Below are positions 47,896-63,095 of a stretch of 64,000 nt of DNA, one piece after another. Under the pieces are notes generated by a model, which made no database searches, had not been told where the DNA came from, and saw nothing but the letters and a program-made list of their open reading frames with translations. Both the position numbers and the translations under genes were made by a program. Positions within the stretch are counted from its first letter, which is position 1. The number at the start of each line of letters is the position of its first letter. The stretch comes from the human T2T-CHM13v2.0 reference genome, Homo sapiens, in the NCBI RefSeq assembly GCF_009914755.1, contig NC_060932.1. The stretch is one strand, 5' to 3'.

Positions 47896-48390
47896 ATAGA
47901 GAAGGCCAAGGTAGGAAGCTGAGATCTATGATCAGGACTGCCAGTGGCAAGGAGCACTAGTGAGATGTTTAAGCTGAAACTGTGAAAACAATTGGTAGGC
48001 TTGCAAGGGTGAAGCAGGGTTTGTTAACCTTCTCAGGTGATGCAGTAAGCCGTGGGACAAGAGTTGTTAAGAGAACTGCAAGTAGATCATGACAATAAAA
48101 CAAATGTTTAGGAAGAAGAAAATGCAAATACAGATAGTTGAAGTGCTATGACAGCAGTAAATACTTGGACTGCTGGCTTATGGCGCATTTCTTTCACATG
48201 TGCTTTTCTGGAAGTATTCACAACCATTTGAACTAAAACATTTGGATTAAACTTCAAAAATAATAGTGTTCAAGTAAATATATCACCTCTCTTAAGACAC
48301 TAGTCAATCAATGATATAAGGATTAATTTAGCATCTCATTTCTTAGGTAAAACCAGACAGGATTTCTTTTGGGACCAGTAAATAACTGCT

Positions 48391-48424
48391 ATCGCTTCTC
48401 GACCTTTTGTCTAAGATCAAGTGT
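48391..48424 (+). pseudogene. 3'-truncated U2 snRNA retrocopy (first ~34 nt)
   Basis: ATCGCTTCTCGACCTTTTGTCTAAGATCAAGTGT versus the U2 5' end ATCGCTTCTCGGCCTTTTGGCTAAGATCAAGTGT (2 mismatches). TSD TAAATAACTGCT 48379-48390 / TAAATAATTGCT 48426-48437. Confidence 0.92.
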
Positions 48425-48451
48425 CTAAATAATTGCTAAGAACAATTCTGA

Positions 48452-48787
<336 letters not shown>

Positions 48788-49725
48788 TGACAAATTGGAA
48801 ACCTAACTCACAACAGCTTGTTTTTCTGGATTAACTCCTTTCTATAGAACTCTCCTAAGTGTCGATTTTGCAAAGATATTTCTAAATCAGATTTGCCTAA
48901 TTATGTTTATGTGTACCCATGCAGACATACTGAAAGACTAAGAAATGTCACAGCACAGGACAACCGAAGCACTTGAAGAAATTTCAAATATTCTTAAAAG
49001 TATGAATTCCAATGACAGAAAATGTATTTCATTTGTCAAAATTCTTAATTTCTCAAGTTCAAAAATGCCTTGGCACATTTCCATGGCTCCTCGCTAGAAG
49101 AATTTAACTTGGCTCTACTTCCAGGTTTGTAAAAAGACCATTCACAGTTAATTCTATTTTGAAAACTTTTTTAGTCTGAGTATGCTTTAATTGACGGCTT
49201 AGTCAATGAGCTTTCACTTTAAAGAATAGTTTTATATGAAATCTTTTTGTGTGTGACTTTGTCTCCCTAGCATTATTTGAGAATTATCGAATTCACAATT
49301 AAATAAAATAATCTACAAGAAAAAATGTTTCTCAAACATTTCTATTTTTAAAAAATCATTGAATATCAAAGCAAACTAATGCTCAAAAAAATGACCAAAC
49401 AATTGCTTGATGATATTGTGTCATATAAACAAAACAAAACAAAATGACCAAACCATTTTCACTTTTCTATGCTGTCAAAAAATCAATTCAGTACTTTTTG
49501 TTTAGCATTTGAAATACACAACGACTGCTAAGAATATCACAATTACCTTGTCAAAGTCTAGTTCTTATCCTTCCGTGGTGGAGGTAGAGGCGGACGAAAG
49601 CAAATGCTGTAGAAACGTTAGTTCTAAGTTCAGAATAAACACCTCAGAACTCTCTTCCTTAAATCCTTTTTAGGGTATTTATGCATTTGCCCCACCTCTG
49701 GCCATCTAATTTAAATTTAAAAGAA

Positions 49726-49986
49726 GGTCGGGTGCGGTGGCTCAAGCCCCTAATCTCAGCACTTCTGAGGCCGAGGCGGGCGGATTACTTGAGGTCAGAA
49801 ATTCGAGATCAGCCTGAGAAACATGGCGAAGCTCCCTCTCTACCAAAAACAAAAAATAGCTGGGCGTGGTGACGCGGGCCTGTGGTCCCACCTACACAGG
49901 AGGCTAAGATGGGAGGACCGCTTATGCCCACGAGGTCGAGGCTGCTTTGAGCCAGCCTGGACGACAGAGCAAGACCCAGTCCCAAA

Positions 49987-50037
<51 letters not shown>

Positions 50038-50038
50038 A
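49726..50038 (+). mobile_element. Alu (AluJ-like), CpG-rich, with (TAAA)n tail
   Basis: TSD TAAAAGAAG; microsatellite 49985-50038. Confidence 0.93.
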
Positions 50039-50538
50039 TGTAAAAGAAGACAAAAGAGCTTTTTGGTCTTCAGGTAGGAGTTAATTCCGTTTCCCAGGAG
50101 ATAGGATATAGATTTATTATCGCGGGAGAAACCGAAAGAGTCTCATCACGTTATGTAGTAGAATAGATCAAGATTGATTCATGGACTCAGCAAATAGTTA
50201 TTGGGGCGCTTCTCGGTTCCAGGCAGTACTAAAAGCTAGAAATATGAAAAATAAATAAGTACATTCAACCAAGTCTTATCCTCAAAAGAATTTACAGTTG
50301 TGAAGAGGGAAGTGAGAGGAAGCAGTCAGTACAATTCATTGTGAGTGCTGTGATGCTCAGCAGCATTGGGAGCGGTGCGGTCTCCGGAGGGACAGCCACC
50401 TACTCTTTGAGGCAAAACAAAGCGTAGAGAGGTGGCAGGTGGGGAAGGGGTTTGGAAAGGGAGAGGTTGGCAGGAGTCTCCCTCTAAGCAAACTGAAAAG
50501 CCAGAGAAACTGGCCTAGATAGAAGAAAAGCCTTTTTC

Positions 50539-51180
<642 letters not shown>

Positions 51181-51709
51181 AGCCTTTTTCCCTCTACCTT
51201 GCCCCCTCCCACAAGGGCCAGTGTTTGTGAAAATTAAAAGCTGTAAAGGAAAAGAGAACAAGGCATCACTGAGAGTTAAGTTTTCACCCTAGAGGGTTGT
51301 AGGTATGACATAAGGGAAAAGAAGGCAAGATTGTGAAGTTACTTATGACAAGCCGAATGGTTGGGGAGCCACTGAAGGTTTTGTTTTGTTTTTTTAATCA
51401 GAGCCCCCCCACCCATGTCTAAAGGTTTTTAAACCGGCTGATAACATAATCGGGTTAGCACTGTAAGAAGTTTACACTGCACCCCACCCCGCTCATACTC
51501 AGAGCTTAGATTTGGGCAGAGGCTAGGACACTGATTACTGCATAGATAATAATTACAACCATATGACCAGATGAAAATAATTAAGAGAAATTATAGATAA
51601 GTGGAGAGAAGCAGCACAAGATCTGAACCCCTGAGTGACAGGAAAAAAACATGATGCTTTTCCTGTTCTCAGATACAAGTCACTTGACCCACTTGACCCT
51701 TCACTTCTT

Positions 51710-52007
51710 TTTATTTTTTTTTTTGAGGCGGAGTCTCACTCTGTCACCCAGGCTGGAGTGCAGTGGCATGATCTTCACTCCCTGCAACCTCCACGCCCAC
51801 AGGTTCAAGCAATTCTCCTGCCTCAGCCTCCCTAATAGCTGGGATTACAGGCATGCACTACCACACCCGGCTAATGTTTGTATTTTTAGTAGAGACAGGG
51901 TTTTGCCATGTTGGCCAGTCTGGTCTTAAACTCCTGACCTCAAGTGATCTGCCCACCTGAGCCTCGCAAAGTGCTGGGATTACAGACATGAGCCACTGCA
52001 GCCGGCC
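51710..52007 (-). mobile_element. Alu (AluS) in the MER21 LTR
   Basis: TSD GACCCTTCACTTCT. Confidence 0.95.
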
Positions 52008-52871
52008 GACCCTTCACTTCTGATACCAGGTATGTGGGGGTTCCCCCCACACACCAAACAATCCTCAGCAGGCACCAATTAATTAATTGAATTTATCCAG
52101 TTCAATTCTGACATTGTCTACCTAGAGATAGTGTCAGATCACACAAATTGAGAGCTCAGTTCCATAATACTGCCCCCTACTTTAGATGGCAATTCCAAGT
52201 TCCAGATTGTAACCTGTGCTTCTGACAGACCAGTTATAAATTGGAATTCCCATGACCCACTCTTCAGGTTTTACTAATTTGCTACAGTGGCTAGAGTGGG
52301 AATATTTACCCATTTCTTATAAAGAATTTTACACAGAATACAGACGAATAGCCTGATGGAAGCGATGCATAGGGCAAGGTATGGGAGGAGAGGCATGGAG
52401 CTTCCATGTCCTCTCCAGGTGTGCTGCCCTCCAGGAAACTCCACGTGTTTAGCTATCTGGAAGCTCATCCGATCCTGTCCTTTTGGGTTTTCATGGAGGC
52501 ACGACTGACTACATCACTGGCTACTGATGATGAACTCAATCTTCAGCTCTCTCCCCTTGTGGGAGGTTGAAGGTGAAGTGGGGCTGAAGTTGCAACTCTC
52601 TAATCACATGGTTGGTTTCCCCTATCCTGAGGCCATTCAGGAACCCACCAAAAATCACTTCATTAAAGCAATAGATGCTCCTGTCATCCAGGAAATACCA
52701 AAAGATTTAGGAGCTCAGTGTCAGATGCTCGTACCACTCAGGAAATTACAAAGTCTTAGAAGCTCTGTGTAAGGAACAGACCTCCAATATTTGTCAAAGA
52801 CCAAATATTAGAACAAAAGATTCTCCTAGTGCCCCTAATTCCAAGAGCTTTAGCAGCTCTGTGCCAGAATG

Positions 52872-53008
52872 GGTCAGGTGCAAGTGGCTCATGCCTGTAA
52901 TCCCAGCACTTTGGGAAGCAGAGGCGGGAGGATCACTTTCAAGGCCAGCAGTTTGAGACCAGCCTGGGCAACATGCAAGACCCCATCTCTTCAAAAATAA
53001 AAATAAAT
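52872..53008 (+). mobile_element. Alu monomer in the MER21 LTR
   Basis: TSD TCTGTGCCAG. Confidence 0.85.
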
Positions 53009-53074
53009 AGAGGTTCTGTGCCAGGAATCAGAGGTCAGAGACCAATAATATATTTCATATTATATCACACTTTC

Positions 53075-53400
53075 ACAACCCCAAATCTCAGAGACTTAAA
53101 ACAATAGAAATTGATTTCTCACTCATGCCGTACATGTATTGCCTATTTGGCAAGGATGTCAGGCTCTGTGCATTGTAGTTCATCAGGGATCCAGCTTGAC
53201 TGTACAGCTACCATCTTCAACACTGCTGGTTATCATACCAGGGCAAAAGACAGTTCTGGAGTGACACACATCATTTTGCACTTAACTCACTGGCCAGAGC
53301 AAATTACTTGAAGACGCCGAAAGCATGAACCTCCATATACACAGAGGGTGGAAAGACCTGGAAGTATCTGGCAAACATGTGTTTGATGACCAGAAAGCAT
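53075..53400. mobile_element. Old LTR fragment (MaLR MLT1-like)
   Basis: AACCCCAAATCTCAG..GACTTAAAACAA..ATTTCTCACTCATG motif; decayed. Confidence 0.45.
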
Positions 53401-53899
53401 TTTATAAATGATGCCCATTTATCATTTCCTTTCTTTCTTTCAATTGAAGACAGGCAAGGTCATTTGTTGAGAGTAATGGAGGAGGTAGAGGAGGTTGAAG
53501 AGGAAGGATTAGGTAAGATATTGTTTATTCTTTTTCCAAGTGTTTAAGTGAATATTACTAGAGAAAAGTAATTGTTGAATGCCCATTTACGATTTATAGT
53601 CATACATGTAGTATGACATCCATCAGTACAACTATGGGTTGATTGACATTGATCTTTAGCTGCTCAAGTGAAGATTCTGAGTAGGCAGATAAGTGAAAGT
53701 TTTACTATGCAATTATGATGAAGGGTGAGTGGACACAGGGGTTAAAATTGCTTGCAAGGGAGAGATTATAAGGGATGATGGACCATGATTGAAACAGGTC
53801 ATTGAGTGACTCAGTTATTCTTAAGTAGTACATTTTTCCTCTGTAAAATAAAGAATGATTCGGTACAGTTAATACCATCAATCAAATTTGTCAGTCATG

Positions 53900-54400
53900 A
53901 AGGATGTTTCTTTGGTTGTCTACCCAGAATGTCTCCTGTCTCTTAGAATAGTCAGCTTCTTCTTTGGATAAATTAAAATCCCACTCCAAACTTAAACCAT
54001 ATGGTCACAATGGGAGTGCCCTCCACCACACATTACCATTTATGATTGGGTAGACCTCTTACCTGAACCTGAGTCCATTTCATTTCCTCACTTTCTGGCC
54101 ACAAGGGCAAGATGTCCTCAACCAGGCCTATCAAAGTCCTTCCCTGGGGTCCTTTTAACTGGATGTCAGATGATAGGGTCTTTTTCTTCACTGACACTGA
54201 GGCCATGAGGAGGTGAGGTCAGAGCTATGCATGGGGCAACTCACTGCCTTGAGGAGAAGTTTGGAGAGAACTGACTTGGCAGCAGATGTGAGATGAGGGG
54301 CAAACAAATTCTCACCCCCACCAGTCTCCACATCCTACTCAGCCCCATAGCCACGTCTCCTCTGTCCTTCTCAGGTTTTGATTATGCAAACCTGTAAATT
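53900..54400. mobile_element. Old ERVL LTR fragment (LTR16-like)
   Basis: TGGCCACA...CAACCAGGCCTATCAAAGTCCTTCCCTGGGG motif; decayed. Confidence 0.4.
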
Positions 54401-54842
54401 TCCTACTTTGAGTTGTATATAAATGTAATATATAATTATATTATAATTCTAAGTAGGTGAAAATCATCCATCAAGAACCTCTGCTCTGTGCCAGCTCTGC
54501 TAGGAACAGGGAAAAATGGGAGCTTGGCAGAAGAAAATTTTTCTTATTTTTCATTTCCCTATTGTCCTGCTGGAAAAATACATTCACAATTAAAACATAG
54601 AAATAGGAACATGTTTATAATGATAGAGATGGCACAAAAAAGCAAATGATGAATTCCTTCCCAAAATTATCCCCTAAGAGTTAAGCTAATAACATTCACA
54701 TAATAGGAATCATAACAGAACCACTGAAAGTGTCGACTTAAACAACAGAGAGAGGCTCTCTAAAAGGAAATGATATTTATTCAGAAATACAGCATTGCAA
54801 TATCAACTATGTGCATATTCCAGGAGTAAAGAGGGATTTTAG

Positions 54843-55118
<276 letters not shown>

Positions 55119-57071
55119 AAGGTTTTTAAAGGAAAAATGAGGAAGACTATATAATTGTTTTGAGATAATTATCCTTGGCTCCAACGATCAATGATGAACA
55201 TGGCACGAATCTGAGGCTGGATAAGCAGAAGCTGGGCAGATGTCCTCATAGCTAGTGCTTCTTGTGTGAGGTTGTGATGGCCTTTGTGCAAGGTTGTGGC
55301 TTTGCAGAGTCCTTTGTGCTAGTTTTTGTTATCAGTAATTTGTGCATGAGAACCCTCCTTTAATGGCATTCCTGGATCAATTTGTCAATATATATATATT
55401 TTTTAAACATGAGTAGCTCCATTTTGATACTGACAACTTTCATGTTTCCCCCTTTTGATCAAGATCTTTCTTTAAAAGCATCACTGATTAATCATCCTGT
55501 AGTTAAGCTCTGATTGTCCCTTGATACCTGGGATTAACCTGTTCTGGGTTTCTGGTCTCATCCCACCTGGGAGGAAGTGATTGATGGCTAGGAGTCAGTG
55601 TCAAAATACTTTAGCCACATTTGAGCAACAGGGGAGGTTTGAAGGGACTTGCTCTTCGACTTAGTCTACCTAGAGTCCATTTTTAGGTTCAATTTTGTTT
55701 GTTCTATAGTCTTTAGCTATCAACTCAAAACCTGTGGGCCAGCATTATTCTGATAGGAGTTGGATTCCTGAGGGGTTATTTGATCCTGTTTCGTGTAGGA
55801 ATAGTAGGTGTAGGGCTGTTAGGGCTGTGATAATAAAAGATAGGATAAAGTGGAAAGTGAAGAATCATGTGAGGGTGGGTTTGTCTACTGAATAGCCACT
55901 TCACACTCACTGGACCAGGTCTGCTCCGACATATGGAATGGCAGATAGTAAGTTTGTGATTACTGTGTATTTCTGTAAAAACTTAACAAGTTACAGATAC
56001 AAAGCTTAAAAAGGGAAAATAAAAAATAAAATTAATAGTAATATGACAATCCCAGTTTTCATAATGGTTTTGAGCCATGAACCTAGGCTTAAAAACAACC
56101 AATTGAATAAATCAAATGACCATTGTCCTATCAATTGAAAAAGGTAGGCATTAGAGTGAAAAAGGTAGGGATATGAGTCTCATTATGATACAGAATGTTG
56201 CTCCCATATCTTGGGAGAAGTTGTCTATAGCATGAAAACATCAACTTCTCCTCCTGGTTTGCAGTTTGAATGGCTCTGGTTATGGCATTGGGTAGTTGGT
56301 GAACTTTTTGTGTGATCCATACATCAGGTATGAGACTTGTTCCTTAAAATTAATCCAATATCAGCTTATAAGGCTTTAGGAACAGAGCAGTTCCCATTTT
56401 TAGTAATTCCAGAATGTAATTTAGGATGGATTTATAGTTTTATAACCTTTATGTCAAACCCTGACACCTTAAAACATTAGCAGAGAAAATATAAAACTCT
56501 GACTAGTAAACAAAGGCAAAAATGTATGCTGAGAATTTTAAGGACATTTCTATTTTTATTTTACTATTTTAAAAGTTTTTTTAAATCAAAGATGTACTTA
56601 AGTCACATGAACTAAAAGCCATTTGGATTAATTACTATATATTTTATATGAGCACTCACTTATCTAAGCCATTGGCCTAGATAAGTGTAATAAAATATAC
56701 AGTAATTAACTAAATATGTTATTTAGCAACAAAATATATAGTAATTAACCCAAATTCTTAAGGGATTTCAGGCTGACTTTGCCAGATTTTACCATGTAGA
56801 CACAACTTATAACGTAAGACAGGTACATATTCATAAATAAACCTAGACATATAAAACATACAAACAAAGATTTTATAGGTTTCATTTTAGAATTTTGAGA
56901 CAGTAAAACATGTGAACTCACTGGTTTACAAAAGACAGTTGTTTCCAAATTATATTTCTGACAGAATAGGACATGTTCACATAGCTAAAACTTTATTTGC
57001 CTCAATAGATAATCTAATAAAAGCTGTGAACCAAAATTTCTGGTAAAGAAGTTTGGTTTTAAAAACGTTTT

Positions 57072-57701
<630 letters not shown>

Positions 57702-58926
57702 TTAGTTTCAAATAAGTTTTGCTAGGACTGGCTGGCTTAACTGTATAAGAAAAACAAAATCTCCAATAGCCTTGAATTTTTAGTAACAAATCTATCTTTT
57801 GTTTGCTGGTTTCATTGGCTTGACTAGTCACTGCAGGTAGGGAAGCATTAACAATTTTTACAGCTTTTTTAGAAAAATTTAATCTTTGATGGAATGCCAT
57901 AAACAGTGAGTTTTATCTCAACATCAGCGAAAAAAATCAGCAGATTCAAAGTAGGCAGAGAAAAAAGAGTGATAGAGAACTTAGCTCTATATGGTAACTC
58001 TTATCATTGCAGGTTTTTTAGAGTTCCAATCAGGACCATTAAATCTCTGAATTTTTCTTGATGTAATTTGCCCATTGATTTTAAAATGTACACAAGAATG
58101 GGCCATAATATGTAACCAGCTGGAGTCCAGAGAACTTGGCATGCTTTAATGTTTGGGAATCCCATTCTGTTTCTTATTAATCTCTCAAGAGCTAAGACAA
58201 TCCTATAAATTCTGTCAGAGAATGCCAGGAGTTTAGTTCAGTGTTTAGACAGTGGCAGCCACCCTAGTGGTAGTTTAGCCACCCTGCTCACACTATTTAT
58301 GTTTACTTTTGCTCTTGGAAGATTTTTGGATACAAGCAAGGAAGAAGAGCCAAATTACTTACAGACACATACAACCAAACCAAAATCAAAGTGCTCACAA
58401 AAATTTTAACCCAGGTTGTGCAGATCAAATAAAATGTTAAATGAGTCATGCAGAAATAATAAAAAGTAAAACAAACAAACAAACTAAACCTCGAAGGCAA
58501 ATTCACCAGAAAAGACATGCCTCAGTGACAGAACATAAATTTTGTAGAAACCAGAGTACTCAAACCAGGACACTTGTCTTTATACCAAAAAAGACTTGGC
58601 AGAAGAGACAAAAAGTATTTTATTATACCAGAAGGGATGTAATGTCCTTTATTGAAGATGGCCTTATAACCAAAATAAATCCTGAATAAAGTAAAAAAAA
58701 AAAAAAAAACTCAAAATGAGGGAGACTTTGCCTGACAAAAGACTCACCAAAGAAGAGAAAGTAAGCTGTGGAAGCAGAGAGCTCAAATGGCTCAAGTGAG
58801 TACTGCACACTGGTTCTAAGAGTTGTTGATTCCTTCAGAAAGTGATCTTGTCCCAGGTCTGCTTCTGGGCACCATTTCAGACTACCCAAATAAACAGAGA
58901 AGGATCTCTAAAATAAATACTATTGG

Positions 58927-59221
<295 letters not shown>

Positions 59222-59468
59222 CTATTTATTCCTGAATAGGGCATTGCAGTGGGAATATGCACATAGTTTATCATGGTTTACTATGGCACATGTATTACTA
59301 TCACAATGCCATATTCCTAAATAAATACCTTTTTTTTTTAAAAAGAGAGCTCTGTTTGACATGTAGATTGACAAAAGCAATTGCAAAGAGACAGCATGAC
59401 TGTGGCCTGAAAAACTTTTCTAATGCTATTGTTTAAAACTGTTTTAATGAAACCTAAAAGCATATACA

Positions 59469-59780
59469 GGCCGGGTGCGGTGGCTCATGCCTGTAATCCC
59501 AGCACTTTGGGAGGCTGAGGCAGGCAGATCACTTGAGCCCAGGAGTTCAAGACCAGCCTGGCCAACATGATGAAACCCCGTCTACTAAAAATAGAAAAAT
59601 TAGCCAGGCATGGTGGCACCCACCTGTAATCTCAGCTACTCAGGAGGGTGAGGCAGGAGATTTGCTTCAACCTGGGAGGCGGAGGTTGCAGTGAGCCAAG
59701 ATCGCTCCACTGCACTCCAGCCTGGGTGATACAGTAAGACTCCGTCTCAAAAAACAAACAAACAAACAAACACCAAAAAA
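59469..59780 (+). mobile_element. Alu (AluS)
   Basis: TSD CATATACA. Confidence 0.95.
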
Positions 59781-60264
59781 CATATACAAAAATAAAGCGA
59801 AAACTACAATGTATAGCCATATATCCCTGACCCTGACCCTAGTTCCACAATTATCAAGATTTTGCACCCATTTGCCTCTAGCCTTTTTTTTTTTTGCTGA
59901 AGTATTTTAAAGTGAATCCTAGTGTTACAGCATGATACCCCTACATACCTCAACATGCATCACTAACAATAATGGACATTTTCTTACTTATCTAGTGATT
60001 AATGTCAACTCAAACTCTTAACAACCCTGAAATATAGGCATTATTCTTCCTATTTTTACAGATTAGAAAAATGCCTGAAAGAGGTGTATCCCATGAGATG
60101 ACCAACACATGGTCATCTTTCTCATGACCTTTCCTCATGGAGATTACTTTCTAATCGGGTGATATAAAACACACAAATGAATACATAATAAAAAAGGTCA
60201 TTATGGTATGTGAAAAATGGCATTTCTTTTTACCCCATCCTACCACTCTGTTTAATTCACATGA

Positions 60265-60412
60265 AACAAGGAGAGGCTGCCTCACTTACTTCTCCTTCCT
60301 TGTTTAGGGGTTTCCTATCACTTTCCTGTTGAATTTCAGTGTTCTCTCTTAGATGATCTATTTGAGGTGTGATTATCTGCTTGTTATTTTGGTTCTTCTT
60401 TGTGGAGGAGGG
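60265..60412 (-). mobile_element. Inverted 5'-terminal fragment of an L1M/L1MA 5' UTR
   Basis: Minus strand CCTCCTCCACAAAGAAGAACCAAAATAACAAGCAGATAATCACACC...GAGAGAACACTGAAATTCAACAG resembles the L1M1/L1MA 5' end. Confidence 0.6.
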
Positions 60413-60429
60413 TGGCGTGAAAGGCAGGG

Positions 60430-63095
60430 TGGGGGCTGGGGATAACTTTGCCCCTTGGGCATAACCTGCCCCTTCCCACCACCTTTATGCCCACATGCAC
60501 CACCAAAGGGCCTGAGTACAGGCCCATGGGACCCAGCTCTACCTCTCCCAGTGTCCAAGCATGCCGTCCAAGGGGCCTGGGGATCACTGTGTATAATCCA
60601 CCATTGTTGACACCTAAGCACTCCTCCCAGGGGCTGAGGAGTGGTCCACCAACTTGCCACTGCCACTCTCAGCTGGCACTTACCCATATTTGCTACCTGT
60701 GGGCCTGGGAACTGGCCTGCCCAGCCTGTCACAGCCACTGCCAACACCAATACAAACCACTAGGGAGCCAGAGAGTTGTTCCACCACTGCTGCTGTCATC
60801 TCTCATGCCATGCCTGCTGCCCAGGTCCAAGGACCCACCCACCAACATGGCCTGCCACTACTGTTGCCAGCACTCAAACAAGCTTTCTGAGGCTCAAGAA
60901 ATTGGCCTGCCTGGACAACATAACACAGGTGCTAACATATGCCACCCTGAGGTCCAAAGATAGGCATGTGCTGTGCCCACCACTGCCAACACTGGGGCCA
61001 GATTACTGGCCAACCTGGTGTACCCATCCCCAGCAAAATGTCACCGGAGCCACCACTAGCAACTGCACCCTAAACAGCTGAGTTAACTATAGAAACTATT
61101 TAAGCTGTTTATAGCCAAAGAAACTATATGGAAACTTTACTACTGCATGTGACCAGAATCAAAGCCAAAGTGTCCTACCCAACCAACATCTTCAGGAAAA
61201 ACAGGAGGTGAAAGACCTCTAGAAAGGAAATTACAAACCACTGAAGAAAGAAATTGAAGAGGATACAACAAAAGGAAAGACATCCCATGCTCAAGGACTG
61301 GAAGAACTTATATTGTTAAAATGATCATATTATCCAAAGCAATCTACAAACTCAAGACAATTCTTATCAAAATAATGTCATTTTTCACAGAAATAGAAAA
61401 AACATTCTAAAATTCATATGGTACTGAAAAAGAGTCTAAGTAGCCAAAGCAATTCTGAACAAAAATAATAAAGCTGAAGGCATCACTCTATCTGACTTCA
61501 AAATATTTTACAAAGATGTATTAATCAAAACAGCATGGTATTGATCTAAAAACAAATGTCTGTGTCTCCACATAGACATATGGAACAAAATAGACAATGC
61601 AGAAATAAATCTAAGCAATAACAGTGAACTGATTTTTAAGAAAGGTGTCAAGCACATCTACTGAGGAAAAGACAAGCTTTTCAATAAATGGAGCTGGGAA
61701 AACTGGATATCCATAAGCAAAAGAATGTAACTGGACCCCGTCTCTTGCCATATACAAAAATAAACTCAAGATGGATAAAAGACTTACATGGAATACCCCA
61801 AGCTATAAAACTACTGGAAGAAAACAGGGGAAACACTTCAACACATTGGTCTAGGCAAAGATTTTATAACTAAGACCTCAAAAGCATAGGCAACAGCAAC
61901 AAAAAATAGACAGATGGGACTATAAACTCTTAACTCTAAACTATTAAACTAAAAAGCTCTGCACAGCAAACAATTAACAGAGTGAAGAGATAACCTGTTG
62001 AGTGAGATAAAATATTTGCGAACTATTCATCCAACAAAGCACTAATATCCAGAATATACAAGGAACCCAAACAACTCAACAGTATAAAAACAAATAATCC
62101 CAGTGAAAAGTGGGCAAATGACAAGTGTAGACATTTCTCAAAAGAAGACATACAAATGGCCAACCGGTATATGAAAAAAATGCTCAACATCACTAAGCAT
62201 CAGAGAAATGCAATGAAAACCACAAGATATCATCTTACCGCAGTTAGAATGGCTATTATTAAAAAGACAAAAAAAAAAGATGCTAACAAAGATGCAGAGA
62301 AAATAACCTCTTATATACTGTTGGTGGGAATGTAAATCAGTACAGCCACTAAGCAAAACAGTATGAAGATTACTCAAGAACTTTTTTAGAACTACCATAC
62401 AATCCTGCAGTCTCACTACTGAGTATTTATCCAAAGTAAAAGAAATCTGTATATTAAAGGGATACTTGTACTCACATGTCTATTGCAGCGCTGTTCACAA
62501 TAGCCAAGATATGGAATCAACCCAAGTATTCATCAATTGGCATATGGATAAAGAAAATGTGGTATATATACACATGATGGAGTACTATTTGGCCATAAAA
62601 AAGAATGAAACCTTGTCATTTGCAGAAACATGGATGGAACTAGAGGTCATTAAGTTAAGTGAAATAAGCCAGGCACAGGAAGACAAATATGGCGTGCTCT
62701 CACTCACAGTGGGGGGCTAAAAAAAAGTTGAACTCATGGAGGTAGAGAATAGAATGATAGTTACCATAGACTGGGATGGATGGGTGTGCATTGGGAGGTG
62801 CAGGGGTATGAGGAGAGGTTGGTTAATGGGTGCAAAAAATACAGTTAGATAGAAGAAATAAGTAAGTTACAGTGTTCAATAGAAGAGTAGGGTTACTATA
62901 ATTAACAACGTGTTGTATATTTCACAATAGCTAGAAGAGAGGTTTAAAATGCTCCCAGCACACAGAAATGATCAATGGTCGAGGTGAAAGATATCCTAAA
63001 CACTCTGACTTGATCATTACATATTCTATGCATGTAACAAAATGTCACATGGACCCTATAAATATGTATAAATACTATGTATCAATAAAAATAAT
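60430..63095 (+). mobile_element. L1MA-type LINE-1 (L1MA4-6-like 3' end): 5' UTR segment fused to 3' ORF2 and 3' UTR
   Basis: GC-rich CCACTGCC-repetitive 5' UTR 60430-61200; decayed ORF2 C-terminal region from ~61203; 3' UTR ending TATGTATCAATAAAA at ~63090. Confidence 0.85.

Larger units (their letters stand above)
51635..53069 (-). mobile_element. MER21-like solo LTR, interrupted by two Alus
   Basis: Minus strand begins TGTGATATAATATGAAATATATATTATTGGTCTC...CCTGGCACAG and ends ...TGTCAC; internal TTCAATTCTGACA...CTACCTAGAGATAGTGTCAGATC block is typical of MER21. Confidence 0.7.

Noticed and set aside
49985-50038. (TAAA)n and other arrays as CRISPR-like or novel repeats
   Set aside because: Ordinary Alu-tail microsatellites with no spacer structure, in eukaryotic DNA.
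60448-61081. 171-aa and 101-aa ORFs
   Set aside because: Lie in a GC-rich L1M 5' UTR remnant.
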